64,000 bases of DNA, from the NCBI RefSeq assembly GCF_964355755.1, contig NC_092670.1:21686795-21750794 (forward strand), written 5' to 3'. Positions 12,701 through 26,800 of this stretch are shown in pieces. Below the pieces are notes generated by a model. The model saw only the letters and a list, made by a program, of their open reading frames with translations. It ran no database searches and was not told the origin of the DNA. Each line of letters opens with the position of its first letter. Positions within the stretch are counted from its first letter, which is position 1. Source of the DNA: Antedon mediterranea. Lineage: Eukaryota > Animalia > Echinodermata. A program made the translations under genes and the position numbers.

Positions 12701-15700
12701 ATACTTGATCAAGATATCTAGTACATTTTAATGTATTGTATTGATATTTTAATGTTTTTTTTTTTGGGTTTTTTTTTTAAGTATCAAGGAAAATCAATTT
12801 CATGTTCGCCTGGTTGTGTTCAAGACAATAAAGATTTATCTTATCTTATCTTATTTAGATACATTCCACAAATATAAAAAATTAAATTAAACAATTGATG
12901 TGCTTTGTGATTGTTAATTAACATTGACCAAAACATTGTTAAATATTTTGTTATTTTTACAAATAGATGATTGAAAGTTTCTTAGTACTGTATGATAATT
13001 TAAACATTATAAGCAAATTTGGTAATTGGTGTGTTTTATGTTAAGGTTTAGGTTAGAATATGATACTGCACCAGTTATGCTGTATGTAATGCTGTATGTG
13101 ATACAGTACAGGGATCAGGTGGAATGTGGTGGAGATTGCTAGCTTACCGCAGCCATAGGCTTCCAATCCGCTTGTACTGTTATAGTATTTTCTGAATCTT
13201 TGTTTCGTAGGCACCCAAGCGCACCAGCTAAACTAGCATTTGGGCAACTGAATCTATAAGCAACAATTTTATCCCCCCTTGACAATAGAATGGTATCTTC
13301 GAAGGAAGCAATTTTTGCTGTGTTAGTATCCGTGTCTGGCAATTCCATTTTCGCTTGAAGGGTAATAAATTTTGAATCCCATATCGTGAGAAATTCTATG
13401 AAATAAAAAATCAAAAAGGATGAGATTAAGAATACGGTATAAAGCATGTCATTTTTGACTAGCAAATTGGCAAATGGGCTAGTAAAATCAAGTTTGAGGC
13501 TAGTGAGAAAATTATTATTTTTATACTGAAAATACTAAAGCTTTGTCTACACTATCAAACTTTATATGCCCATACATACATGGAGATGATGATGGCATAT
13601 CACTACCATATTTGGGCACAAACTAGTTGATAGTGTAGACAGAGCTTTAAGCACTGTATATTTTGTTTTCCATTGCACCACACTCTTACCCAGATTAGGA
13701 TTTTCTTTATCTATGCCTTTCACGCCAGAAATTGCAAAGTAGTCCACTCCAAGCCAAGTCACAGCCGCAGATTGGGATTTTACTGTCAATAGAGGGCGGC
13801 ATTCTACATATTCATCAGTCGTTAAGAATGGAATTACAGACAGGCACACATTTCCATTGTTCCCTGCAATTTTAAGACAAAAACATATTTTTAATCAATC
13901 TATGTACTAGTGTTACTATTGATTTTTGTAGCTTGCACCAAATTGCGACAGGTACTTACATATTGTTATAACATGGATACTGCCCTCTACTGGTAACAAA
14001 CTGTAAGTTACTATAAAAGCATCGTTATCTTCATTTCTAAATACCAATTGTTTGCCTGGATTTTCACTTCCTTTGTCAAAAACAAATATTCTCCATATTT
14101 TATCCTGAAAAAAAAAAACGTCAAAATTCGTTATTAGTAATTTTTATGTATGCTGAATGCAGATATGTATTTTTTACTTATTACTTATTTTGTATATTAA
14201 TCTTATTTTCATAAAAACTTTCATTTGCAGACCCTGTTAAAAGTTGACAACCTAAATTGTCTAAATTCAACATTGTTTTTGAAAGACACCATAAAGGTAA
14301 TTATGAATTATTATATCTCAAATCAAAGTTTTTAAAATGTTCATTTCAAATTACCAAAAATGTCAAATAATTATTACTGTATATTTTTTAAAACATTTTT
14401 AGAAAACAAAATAATGGCAAAAAAAACCTTTTGATTTTGTGCCAAGAGGCAAATTTTCCTTTGGTTACCATGGTGAAAAGAAGCAGAACCTTTCAGGTCG
14501 ACATTTTTAGGTAGAGTGCTGGGTCGGTCAGCTTTTGGATGATTTAGGACATGTTCTAAATCAGCAACAGCGCCATCTTCAAAAACAACTAACGCTGAAG
14601 TGTCGTCTGCTAGAAGACTGTAAACCGCAGTAGACAATAGAACAGGTTTTACTTTCACCAAATCTGTTGTTTCTTTACTCCACTTAATTAGGTTCTAGAT
14701 TTTGAAAGAAGACAAATATAAAACAGTAAAGTTATTTTATTTTTTTATTTTAACAAAAATACATAAAATAAATGATTGAATATCTTCTGTAGTACTTTTT
14801 CAAATTATCTGTATTGTTTAGAAAATTTAAATAAGATATTACATTGGTAATCCATTACATTAACTGTATAATGAATTTTAATCATGTTAAAACATTTTAA
14901 TGTTTTAACGTGATTAAAATAAAAAATTTTGAAATAGTTTCCACAATCACAATACTATAAGTAAGCCTTAATTGGCATGTGTTACCTTGTGTTTCTTAAC
15001 AGCAACATAATTGCCACTTTGTTGGTCATAAACCGCAGAGGACGTCAAAGGAGAATTTTGTCGTACTGACCAGCTATGGACACACTTATAATCTGTTAAC
15101 TAAAAGACATGGAAATACATAGTATAAATATTTAAGAATAAGAAGATCGAATGTGTTTACACAAAATATAACAGATAGTTATATTTGTTTTGTAATGCAT
15201 AAAAAATGCATTGATGGTTATTTCAATGCGAAATCCACAACATGTATGGTGTGACAAGTGGTTGTGTAGCAAAATTAGACCTACTGTAGTTAGACTGTTG
15301 ACATTGTTATGTTACCTAAATAAGAGTAGCGCCTGGTTCTGGTACTATTTATTTTTTAATACTCAGCTAGGAATTAGTTTTAGGCTTTAACTTGGATTGG
15401 ATCTACATTTGGAAAGTTTACAGTATATGAAATGAACATGAACTTAGTACTAGTGAGTAGAGTAGGCTGCGCCTATTTTATAATTTTAGGCCTATTAAAG
15501 TTCTCTATTGCTAGAGAGTAGAGTACAGTAGTAGGGCGCAGTTTTGCACCTAAAAGTGAGTGAGTGGTCAAGCGGTTAAGACAATGGAGCCGTAATCCAT
15601 GTATAACATCGGCAAGGGTTCGAGTCTCACTCGCTCTATGGTTCTGGTGGTAGTCTTCTCGGATAAGGACTATAAATCGTAGGTTCCGTGTACACACATT

Positions 15701-16892
15701 GCTTGTGTGCATTTTAAAGGGCCTAGTAGTACATCTTTTGAGACGAGTAGGTGGTTACCCAGGTGTACTAGTTTACACTCAGCCACGTTGTCATGATGAT
15801 GAGAGAGCACCTTAATAATAGTGGCTGCACTGACATGACGTAGCCCTTGGGGGAGAAGCATGTAGTTGAAAAGTGTAACATCTGAATCCACATCGCATAG
15901 AGACTAGTTGTATTTTGCACGTGCTATACAAATTTAAAACCATTAATCACCATTAACCATATAAATAAGACTTCAGGGTCACTAACCATCACCGCCGCGC
16001 AGCGGATGAATGTTTTTAAATTGGGTACTCAAGAGATGCGAATCAGAGAGTCTAGTAGGTTTTTTTTTCTCTTTTGTGGGGGAAACTACACTTTTATTGC
16101 AATGATAAACAATATGGTAAAGGTCAATGAATATTTAGGTTATTCTTTACTCCATGATTTAGGTGATACTGAGGTTAAAAGATTATATAAAATATTTTGA
16201 TATTGTGTTGAAATCTAGATAATACAAATATGTATACAGAGCAAATTTATATTAAAAGAGCTAAAACAATATAATAAGATAATTGATATTCAGTATTAAA
16301 AATTGAGATTTGATATAATAATGATAAAATGGTATATTGCATTATTATAAGATTGTGTTTTGTTTAAATACTTTAATAAAATTATATAGTTTTACATTTT
16401 TAACATAATATTGCTTTTATTATTTACATGAATTATATTGTAAAATAACAAACTAATAAATATTGCGTCTAGTAGTTAGAAGGAGCTAGTAGTGCTAGTA
16501 CCTAGAATTAGAGGCCTCCATCATAGGCTAGCAAGGTCCTTGGACTAGGCTAGTAGTACCTATATATACAAGCAAGGGCATGCCTATCTACTACTAGGGC
16601 TAGGCTTAGGTCCTACTTGCATCATAGATTAGTAGGTCTAGGCCTAGCCTCCTAGGCATACTATGAATATATATCAATCATCCACACTAGAGTAGGCATG
16701 TAAGGTTTCAGGACAGTGGCAGTTAGGCCTAGCTAGCTTAATGCTAAAAAAACAACTTACAGAGTATGTAGACACCCGGGTAGCATCCGTTAAAATCGAA
16801 TGTTGTTTACTATAATCACGTTCATAGCCTAATACTCGATTATTCTCACATAAAGTAATTTCAACACCGTTTTCTAGTCGTGTTTTCGCCAT
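9727..16892 (-). CDS. NOL11: Nucleolar protein 11 (SSU processome), 640 aa, 12 exons
   Basis: Exons 16892-16761, 15099-14986, 14694-14428, 14104-13960, 13863-13690, 13395-13148, 12673-12611, 12165-11975, 11841-11716, 11384-11231, 10679-10503, 9858-9727; phase-consistent, 1923 nt. Motifs VHSWSVRQNSPLTSSAVYDQQSGNYVAV, LVVFEDGAV, LTIWDSKF, IDWICLLLDSHYT and C-terminal LYSIETIRLF* match NOL11. Confidence 0.88.
10948..11098. mobile_element. hAT-type MITE, older copy
   Basis: Termini CAGTGGAGTAA..TTACGCCACTG; internal similarity to the element at 42626. TSD not recognisable. Confidence 0.6.
12244..12408. mobile_element. MITE with AAGCTCTGTCTACACTATCAAAC-type TIRs, copy 1
   Basis: AAGCCTTGTCTACACTATCAAAC ... 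GTTTGATAATGTAGATAGAGCTTT; TA/TAA flanks. Confidence 0.75.
13536..13650. mobile_element. Same MITE family, internally deleted copy 2
   Basis: TAAAGCTTTGTCTACACTATCAAAC ... GTTGATAGTGTAGACAGAGCTTTA. Confidence 0.75.
15555..15940 (+). mobile_element. tRNA-derived SINE with Deu/Nin-like central domain
   Basis: A-box TGGTCAAGCGG and B-box GGTTCGAGTC, then TCGGATAAGGACTATAAA..GAGACGAGTAGG..CCCAGGTGTACTAG. A second copy lies at 43300-43618 (-). Confidence 0.75.
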
Positions 16893-17050
16893 GTGTGGAT
16901 TGGCTTGTGTCAAGCTAGCCGACAATAAGCCAGCCGACAATAAGCCAGCCCACTTTTATTTTTTCCAGCCGACAATAACTATGAAACGCCGTTTGTGTAT
17001 TTTTCACATTTTCAGTATTGCTTAAGGTTTTTATAGTATTAGAAATTCAA

Positions 17051-20000
17051 TATTTGTGAGAAAATGGCGGATTGCTCCTGGGAGTCACTTGGTGGGATTA
17101 TACTAGGGTACCTCCTTAGTCGTCCAGTATAAGTTAGAGTAGGACCGCTGGTCCTGTTTACTCAGCCCTCATCTTTTAAATCTGAGTGTAACTCAATTAC
17201 GATTTTTAATATTATAGTGAAATTTGATATTGTATTTGTGAGAAAATGGCGGATTGCTCCTGGGAGTCACTTGGTGGGATTATACTAGGGTACCTCCTTA
17301 GTCGTCCAGTATAAGTTAGAGTAGGACCATTGGTCCTGTTTACTCAGCCCTAATCTTTTAAATCTGAGTGTAACTCAATTACGATTTTTAATATAGTGAA
17401 ATTTGATACTGTATTTGTGAGAAAATGGCGGATTGCTCCTGGGAGTCACTTGGTGGGATTATACTAGGGTACCTCCTTAGTCATCCAGTATAAGTTAGAG
17501 TAGGACCGCTGGTCCTGTTTACTCAGCGCTCATCTTTTAAATCTGAGTGTAACTCAATTACGATTTTAAATATTATAGTGACATTTGGTACTGTATTTGT
17601 GAGAAAACGGCGGATTGCTCCTGGAAGTCACTCGGTGGGATTATACTAGGGTACCTCCTTAGTTGTCCAGTATAAGTTAGAGTAGGACCGCTGGTCTTGT
17701 TTACTCAGCCCTCATCTTTTAAATCTGAGTGTAACTCAATTACGATTTTTAATATTATAGTGAAATTTGATACTGTATTTGTGAGAAAATGGCGGATTGC
17801 TCCTGGGAGTCACTTGGTGGGATTATACTAGGGTACCTCCTTAATCGTCCAGTATAAGTTAGGATGGGACCACTGGTCCCGTTTACTCAGCCCTCATCTT
17901 TTAAATCTGAGTGTAACTCAATTACGATTTTTAATATTATAGTGAAATTTGATACTGTATTTGTGAGAAAATGGCGGATTGCTCCTGGGAGTCACTTGGT
18001 GGGATTATACTAGGGTACCTCCTTAATCATCCAGTATAAGTTAGAGTAGGACCACTGGTCCTGTTTACTCAGCCCTCATCTTTTAAATCTGAGTGTAACT
18101 CAATTACGATCTTTAATATTATAGTGAAATTTGATACTGTATTTGTGAGAAAATGGCGGATTGCTCCTGGGAGTCACTTGGTGGGATTATACTAGGGTAC
18201 CTCCTTAGTCGTCCAGTATAAGTTAGAGTAGGACCGCTGGTCCCGTTTACTCAGCCCTCATCTTTTAAATCTGAGTGTAACTCAATTACGATTTTTTATA
18301 TAGTGAAATTTGATACTGTATTTGTGAGAAAATGGCGGATTGCTCCTGGGAGTCACTTGGTGGGATTATAATAGGGTACCTCCTTAGTCGTCCAGTATAA
18401 GTTAGGGTGAGACCACTGGTCCCGTTTACTCAGCCCTCATCTTTTAAATCTGAGTGTAACTCAATTACGATTTTTAATATTATAGTGAAATTTGATACTG
18501 TATTTGTGAGAAAATGGCGGATTGCTCCTGGGAGTCACTTGGTGGGATTATACTAGGGTACCTCCTTAGTAGTCCAGTATAAGTTAGATTAGGACCGCTG
18601 GCCCTGTTTACTCAGCCCTCATCTTTTAAATCTGAGTGTAACTCAATTACGATCTTTAATATTATAGTGAAATTTGATACTGTATTTGTGAGAAAATGGC
18701 GGATTGCTCCTGGGAGTCACTTGGTGGGATTATACTAGGGGACCTCCGTAATCATCCAGTATAAGTTAGAGTAGGACCGCTGGTCCCGTTTACTCAGCCC
18801 TCATCTTTTAAATCTGAGTGTAACTCAATTACAATTTTTTATATAGTGAAATTTGATACTGTATTTGTGAGAAAATGGCGGATTGCTCCTGGGAGTCACT
18901 TGGTGGGATTATACTAGGGTACCTCCTTAGTCGTCCAGTACAAATTAGAGTAGGACCGCTGGTCCTGTTTACTCAGCCCTCATCTTTCAAATCTGAGTGT
19001 AACTCAATTACAATTTTAAATATTATAGTGACATTTGGTACTGTATTTGTGAGAAAACGGCGGATTGCTCCTGGAAGTCACTCGGTGGGATTATACTAGA
19101 GTACCTCCTTAGTTGTCCAGTATAAGTTAGAGTAGGACCGCTGGTCTTGTTTACTCAGCCCTCATCTTTTAAATCTGAGTGTAACTCAATTACGATTTTT
19201 AATATTATAGTGAAATTTGATACTGTATTTGTGAGAAAATGGCGGATTGCTCCTGGGAGTCACTTGGTGGGATTATACTAAGGTACCTCCTTAGTCGTCC
19301 AGTTCAAGTTAGGGTGGGACCACTGGTCCCGTTTACTCAGCCCTCATCTTTTAAATCTGAGTGTAACTCAATTACGATTTTTAATATTATAGTGAAATTT
19401 GATACTGTATTTGTGAGAAACTGGCGGATTGCTCCTGGGAGTCACTTGGTGGGATTATACTAGGGTACCTCCTTAGTCATCCAGTATAAGTTAGAGTAGG
19501 ACCACTGGTCCTGTTTACTCAGCCCTCATCTTTTAAATCTGAGTGTAACTCAATTACGATCTTTAATATTATAGTGAAATTTGATACTGTATTTGTGAGA
19601 AAATGGCGGATTGCTCCTGGGAGTCACTTGGTGGGATTATACTAAGGTACCTCCTTAGTCGTCCAGTATAAGTTAGAGTAGGACCGCTGGTCCCGTTTAC
19701 TCAGCCCTCATCTTTTAAATCTGAGTGTAACTCAATTACGATTTTTAATATTATAGTGAAATTTGATACTGTATTTGTGAGAAAATGGCGGATTGCTCCT
19801 GGGAGTCACTTGGTGGGATTATACTAGGGTACCTCATTAGTCATCCAGTATAAGTTAGAGTAGGACCACTGGTCCTGTTTACTCAACCCTCATCTTTTAA
19901 ATCTGAGTGTAACTCAATTACGATCTTTAATATTATAGTGAAATTTGATACTGTATTTGTGAGAAAATGGCGGATTGCTCCTGGGAGTCACTTGGTGGGA

Positions 20001-23000
20001 TTATACTAGAGGACCTTCTTAATCGTCCAGTATAAGTCAGAGTAGGACCGCTGGTCCCGTTTACTCAGCCCTCATCTTTTAAATCTGAGTGTAACTCAAT
20101 TACGATTTTTTATATAGTGAAATTTGATACTGTATTTGTGAGAAAATGGCGGATTGCTCCTGGGAGTCACTTGGTGGGATTATACTAGGGTACCTCCTTA
20201 GTCGTCCAGTATAAGTTAGGGTGGGACCACTGGTCCCGTTTACTCAGCCCTCATCTTTTAAATCTGAGTGTAACTCAATTAAGATTTTTAATATTATAGT
20301 GAAATTTGATACTGTATTTGTGAGAAAATGGCGGATTGCTCCTGGGAGTCACTTGGTGGGATTATACTATGGTACCACCTTAATCATCCAGTATAAGTTA
20401 GCTTAGGACCACTGGTCCTGTTTACTCAGCCCTCATCTTTTAAATCTGAGTGTAACTCAATTACGATCTTTAATATTATAGTGAAATTTGATACTGTATT
20501 TGTGAGAAAATGGCGGATTGCTCCTGGGAGTCACTTGGTGGGATTATACTAGGGTACCTCCTTAATCGTCCAGTATAAGTTAGGATGGGACCACTGGTCC
20601 CGTTTACTCAGCCCTCATCTTTTAAATCTGAGTGTAACTCAATTACGATTTTTAATATTATAGTGAAATTTGATACTGTATTTGTGAGAAAATGGCGGAT
20701 TGCTCCTGGGAGTCACTTGGTGGGATTATACTAGGGTACCTCCTTAATCATCCAGTATAAGTTAGAGTAGGACCACTGGTCCTGTTTACTCAGCCCTCAT
20801 CTTTTAAATCTGAGTGTAACTCAATTACGATCTTTAATATTATAGTGAAATTTGATACTGTATTTGTGAGAAAATGGCGGATTGCTCCTGGGAGTCACTT
20901 GGTGGGATTATACTAGGGTACCTCCTTAGTCGTCCAGTATAAGTTAGAGTAGGACCGCTGGTCCCGTTTACTCAGCCCTCATCTTTTAAATCTGAGTGTA
21001 ACTCAATTACGATTTTTTATATAGTGAAATTTGATACTGTATTTGTGAGAAAATGGCGGATTGCTCCTGGGAGTCACTTGGTGGGATTATAATAGGGTAC
21101 CTCCTTAGTCGTCCAGTATAAGTTAGGGTGAGACCACTGGTCCCGTTTACTCAGCCCTCATCTTTTAAATCTGAGTGTAACTCAATTACGATTTTTAATA
21201 TTATAGTGAAATTTGATACTGTATTTGTGAGAAAATGGCGGATTGCTCCTGGGAGTCACTTGGTGGGATTATACTAGGGTACCTCCTTAGTAGTCCAGTA
21301 TAAGTTAGATTAGGACCGCTGGCCCTGTTTACTCAGCCCTCATCTTTTAAATCTGAGTGTAACTCAATTACGATCTTTAATATTATAGTGAAATTTGATA
21401 CTGTATTTGTGAGAAAATGGCGGATTGCTCCTGGGAGTCACTTGGTGGGATTATACTAGGGGACCTCCGTAATCATTCAGTATAAGTTAGAGTAGGACCG
21501 CTGGTCCCGTTTACTCAGCCCTCATCTTTTAAATCTGAGTGTAACTCAATTACAATTTTTTATATAGTGAAATTTGATACTGTATTTGTGAGAAAATGGC
21601 GGATTGCTCCTGGGAGTCACTTGGTGGGATTATACTAGGGTACCTCCTTAGTCGTCCAGTACAAATTAGAGTAGGACCGCTGGTCCTGTTTACTCAGCCC
21701 TCATCTTTCAAATCTGAGTGTAACTCAATTACAATTTTAAATATTATAGTGACATTTGGTACTGTATTTGTGAGAAAACGGCGGATTGCTCCTGGAAGTC
21801 ACTCGGTGGGATTATACTAGAGTACCTCCTTAGTTGTCCAGTATAAGTTAGAGTAGGACCGCTGGTCTTGTTTACTCAGCCCTCATCTTTTAAATCTGAG
21901 TGTAACTCAATTACGATTTTTAATATTATAGTGAAATTTGATACTGTATTTGTGAGAAAATGGCGGATTGCTCCTGGGAGTCACTTGGTGGGATTATACT
22001 AAGGTACCTCCTTAGTCGTCCAGTTCAAGTTAGGGTGGGACCACTGGTCCCGTTTACTCAGCCCTCATCTTTTAAATCTGAGTGTAACTCAATTACGATT
22101 TTTAATATTATAGTGAAATTTGATACTGTATTTGTGAGAAACTGGCGGATTGCTCCTGGGAGTCACTTGGTGGGATTATACTAGGGTACCTCCTTAGTCA
22201 TCCAGTATAAGTTAGAGTAGGACCACTGGTCCTGTTTACTCAGCCCTCATCTTTTAAATCTGAGTGTAACTCAATTACGATCTTTAATATTATAGTGAAA
22301 TTTGATACTGTATTTGTGAGAAAATGGCGGATTGCTCCTGGGAGTCACTTGGTGGGATTATACTAAGGTACCTCCTTAGTCGTCCAGTATAAGTTAGAGT
22401 AGGACCGCTGGTCCCGTTTACTCAGCCCTCATCTTTTAAATCTGAGTGTAACTCAATTACGATTTTTAATATTATAGTGAAATTTGATACTGTATTTGTG
22501 AGAAAATGGCGGATTGCTCCTGGGAGTCACTTGGTGGGATTATACTAGGGTACCTCATTAGTCATCCAGTATAAGTTAGAGTAGGACCACTGGTCCTGTT
22601 TACTCAACCCTCATCTTTTAAATCTGAGTGTAACTCAATTACGATCTTTAATATTATAGTGAAATTTGATACTGTATTTGTGAGAAAATGGCGGATTGCT
22701 CCTGGGAGTCACTTGGTGGGATTATACTAGAGGACCTTCTTAATCGTCCAGTATAAGTCAGAGTAGGACCGCTGGTCCCGTTTACTCAGCCCTCATCTTT
22801 TAAATCTGAGTGTAACTCAATTACGATTTTTTATATAGTGAAATTTGATACTGTATTTGTGAGAAAATGGCGGATTGCTCCTGGGAGTCACTTGGTGGGA
22901 TTATACTAGGGTACCTCCTTAGTCGTCCAGTATAAGTTAGGGTGGGACCACTGGTCCCGTTTACTCAGCCCTCATCTTTTAAATCTGAGTGTAACTCAAT

Positions 23001-23873
23001 TAAGATTTTTAATATTATAGTGAAATTTGATACTGTATTTGTGAGAAAATGGCGGATTGCTCCTGGGAGTCACTTGGTGGGATTATACTATGGTACCACC
23101 TTAATCATCCAGTATAAGTTAGCTTAGGACCACTGGTCCTGTTTACTCAGCCCTCATCTTTTAAATCTGAGTGTAACTCAATTACGATCTTTAATATTAT
23201 AGTGAAATTTGATACTGTATTTGTGAGAAAATGGCGGATTGCTCCTGGAAGTCACTCGGAGGGATTATACTAGGGTACCTCCTTAGTTGTCCAGAATAAG
23301 TTAGAGTAGGACCGCTGGTCTTGTTTACTCAGCCCTCATCTTTTAAATCTGAGTAACTCAATTACGATTTTTAATATTATAGTGAAATTTGATACTGTAT
23401 TTGTGAGAAAATGGCGGATTGCTCCTGGGAGTCACTTGGTGGGATTATACTAGGGGACCGCCTTAATCGTCCAGTATAAGTTAGAGTAGGACCACAGGTC
23501 CCGTTTACTCAGCCCTCATCTTTGAAATCTGAGTGTAACTCAATTACTATTCTTAAAATTATAGTGAAATTTGATACTGTATTTGTGAAAAAATGGCGGA
23601 TTGCTCCTGGGAGTCACTTGGTGGGATTATACTAGGGTACCTCCGTAGTCGTCCAGTATAAGTTAGGGTGTGACCATTGGTCCCGTTTACTCAGCCCTCA
23701 TCTTTTAAATCTGAGTGTAACTCAATTACGATTTGTTATATAGTGAAATTTGATACTGTATTTGTGAGAAAATGGCGGATTGCTCCTGGGAGTCACTTGG
23801 TGGGATTATACTAGAGGACAGCCTTAATCGTCCAGTATAAGTTAGAGTAGGACCGCTGGTCCTGTTTACTCAG
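17051..23873 (+). repeat. Satellite array, left arm: ~37.5 copies of a 179-182 bp monomer
   Basis: Monomer TATTTGTGAGAAAATGGCGGATTGCTCCTGGGAGTCACTTGGTGGGATTATACTAGGGTACCTCCTTAGTCGTCCAGTATAAGTTAGAGTAGGACCGCTGGTCCTGTTTACTCAGCCCTCATCTTTTAAATCTGAGTGTAACTCAATTACGATTTTTAATATTATAGTGAAATTTGATACTG. Confidence 0.97.
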
Positions 23874-26800
23874 GAGCAATCCGCCATTTTCTCACAAATA
23901 CAGTATCAAATTTCACTATATAAAAAATCGTAATTGAGTTACACTAAGATTTAAAAGATGAGGGCTGAGTAAACGGGACCAGCGGTCCCACCCAAACTTA
24001 TACTGGACGACTAAGGAGGTCCCCTAGTATAATCCCACCAAGTGACTCCCAGGAGCAATCCGCCATTTTCTCACAAATACAGTATCAAATTTCACGATAA
24101 TATTAAAGATCGTAATTGAGTTACACTCAGATTTAAAAGATGAGGGCTGAGTAAACAGGACCAGTGGTCCTACTCTAACTTATACTGGACGACTAAGAAG
24201 GTACCCTAGTATAATCCCACCAAGTGACTCCCAGGAGCAATCCGCCATTTTCTCACAAATACAGTATCAAATTTCACTATAATATTAAAAATCGTAATTG
24301 AGTTACACTCAGATTTAAAAGATGAGGGCTGGGTAAACAAGACCAGCGGTCCTACTCTAACTTATACTGGACAACTAAGGAGGTACCCTAGTATAATCCC
24401 TCCGAGTGACTTCCAGGAGCAATCCGCCGTTTTCTCACAAATACAGTACCAAATTTCACTATAATATTTAAAATCGTAATTGAGTTACACTCAGACTTAA
24501 AAGATGATTGCTGAGTAAACAAGACCAGCGGTCCTACTCTAACTTATACTGGACAACTAAGGAGGTACCCTAGTATAATCCCACCAAGTGACTCCCAGGA
24601 GCAATCCTCCATTTTCTCATAAATACAGTATCAAATTTCACTATACAAAAAATCGTAATTGAGTTACACTCAGATTTAAAAGATGAGTGCTGAGTAAACG
24701 GGACCAGCGGTCCTACTCTAACTTATACTGGACGATTAAGGAGGTCCCCTAGTATAATCCCACCAAGTGACTCTCAGGAGCAATCCACCATTTTCTCACA
24801 AATACAGTATCAAATTTCACTATAATATTAAAGATCGTAATTGAGTTACACTCAGATTTAAAAGTTGAGGGCTGAGTAAACAGGACAAGTGGTCCTACTC
24901 TAACTTATACTGAACGACTAAGGAGGTACCCTAGTATAATCCCACCAAGTGACTCTCTGGAGCAATCCGCCATTTTCTCACAAATACAGTATCAAATTTC
25001 ACTATAATATTAAAAATCGTAATTGAGTTACACTCAGATTTAAAAGATGAGGGCTGAGTAAACAAGACCAGCGGTCCTACTCTAACTTATACTGGACAAC
25101 TAAGGAGGTACCCTAGTATAATCCCACCAAGTGACTCCCAGGAGCAATCCTCCATTTTCTCATAAATACAGTATCAAATTTCACTATACAAAAAATCGTA
25201 ATTGAGTTACACTCAGATTTAAAAGATGAGTGCTGAGTAAACGAGACCAGCGGTCCTACTCTAACTTATACTGGACGATTAAGGAGGTCCCCTAGTATAA
25301 TCCCACCAAGTGACTCTCAGGAGCAATCCACCATTTTCTCACAAATACAGTATCAAATTTCACTATAATATTAAAGATCGTAATTGAGTTACACTCAGAT
25401 TTAAAAGTTGAGGGCTGAGTAAACAGGACAAGTGGTCCTACTCTAACTTATACTGGACGACTAAGGAGGTACCCTAGTATAATCCCACCAAGTGACTCCC
25501 TGGAGCAATCCGCCATTTTCTCACAAATACAGTATCAAATTTCACTATAATATTAAAAATCGTAATTGAGTTACACTCAGATTTAAAAGATGAGGGCTGA
25601 GTAAACAAGACCAGCGGTCCTACTCTAACTTATACTGGACAACTAAGGAGGTACCCTAGTATAATCCCACCGAGTTACTTGCAATCCGCCGTTTTCTCAC
25701 AAATACAGTAGCAAATTTCACTATAATATTTAAAATCGTAATGGAGTTACACTCAGATTTAAAAGATGAGGGCTGAGTAAACGGGACCAGCGGTCCTACT
25801 CTAACTTATACTGGACGACTAAGGAGGTACCCTAGTATAATCTCACCAAGTGACTCCCAGGAGTAATCCGCCATTTTCTCACAAATACAGTATTAAATTT
25901 CACTATATAAAAAATCGTAATTGAGTTACACTCAGATTTAAAAGATGAGGGCTGAGTAAACGGGACCAGCGGTCCTACTCTAACTTATACTGGACGATTA
26001 AGGAGGTCCCCTAGTATAAACCCACCAAGTGACTCCCAGGAGCAATCCGCCATTTTCTCACAAATACAGTATCAAATTTCACTATAATATTAAAGATCGT
26101 AATTGAGTTACACTCAGATTTAAAAGATGAGAGCTGAGTAAACGGGACCAGCGGTCCTACTCTAACTTATACTGGACGATTAAGGAGGTCCCCTAGTATA
26201 ATCCCACCAAGTGACTCCCAGGAGCAATCCGCCATTTTCTCACAAATACAGTATCAAATTTCACTATAATATTAAAGATCGTAATTGAGTTACACTCAGA
26301 TTTAAAAGAGGAGGGCCGAGTAAACAGGACCAGTGGTCCTACTCTAACTTATACTGGACGACTAAGGAGGTACCCTAGTATAATCCCACCAAGTGACTCC
26401 CAGGAGCAATCCGCCATTTTCTCACAAATACAGTATCAAATTTCACTATAATATTAAAAATCGTAATTGAGTTACACTCAGATTTAAAAGATGAGGGCTG
26501 AGTAAACGGGACCAGTGGTCCCACCCTAACTTATACTGGACGACTAAGGAGGTACCCTAGTATAATCCCACCAAGTGACTCTCAGGAGCAATCCGCCATT
26601 TTCTCACAAATACAGTATCAAATTTCACTATAATATTAAAAATTGTAATTGAGTTACACTCAGATTTAAAAGATGAGGGCTGAGTAAACAAGACCAGCGG
26701 TCCTACTCTAACTTATACTGGACAACTAAAGAGGTTCCCTATAGTATAATCCCACCGAGTGACTTCCAGGAGCAATCCGCCGTTTTCTCACAAATACAGT

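Noticed and set aside
16893-16940. N-terminal extension of NOL11 (MSAGLLSASLTQANPH)
   Set aside because: Starts at TTG inside the transposon TIR; homology begins at ATG 16892.
17855-17885. Apparent covariation AGGACC/GGTCCT to GGGACC/GGTCCC in a monomer hairpin
   Set aside because: Mismatched AGGACC/GGTCCC units are common, and the paired variants can be explained by shared descent.
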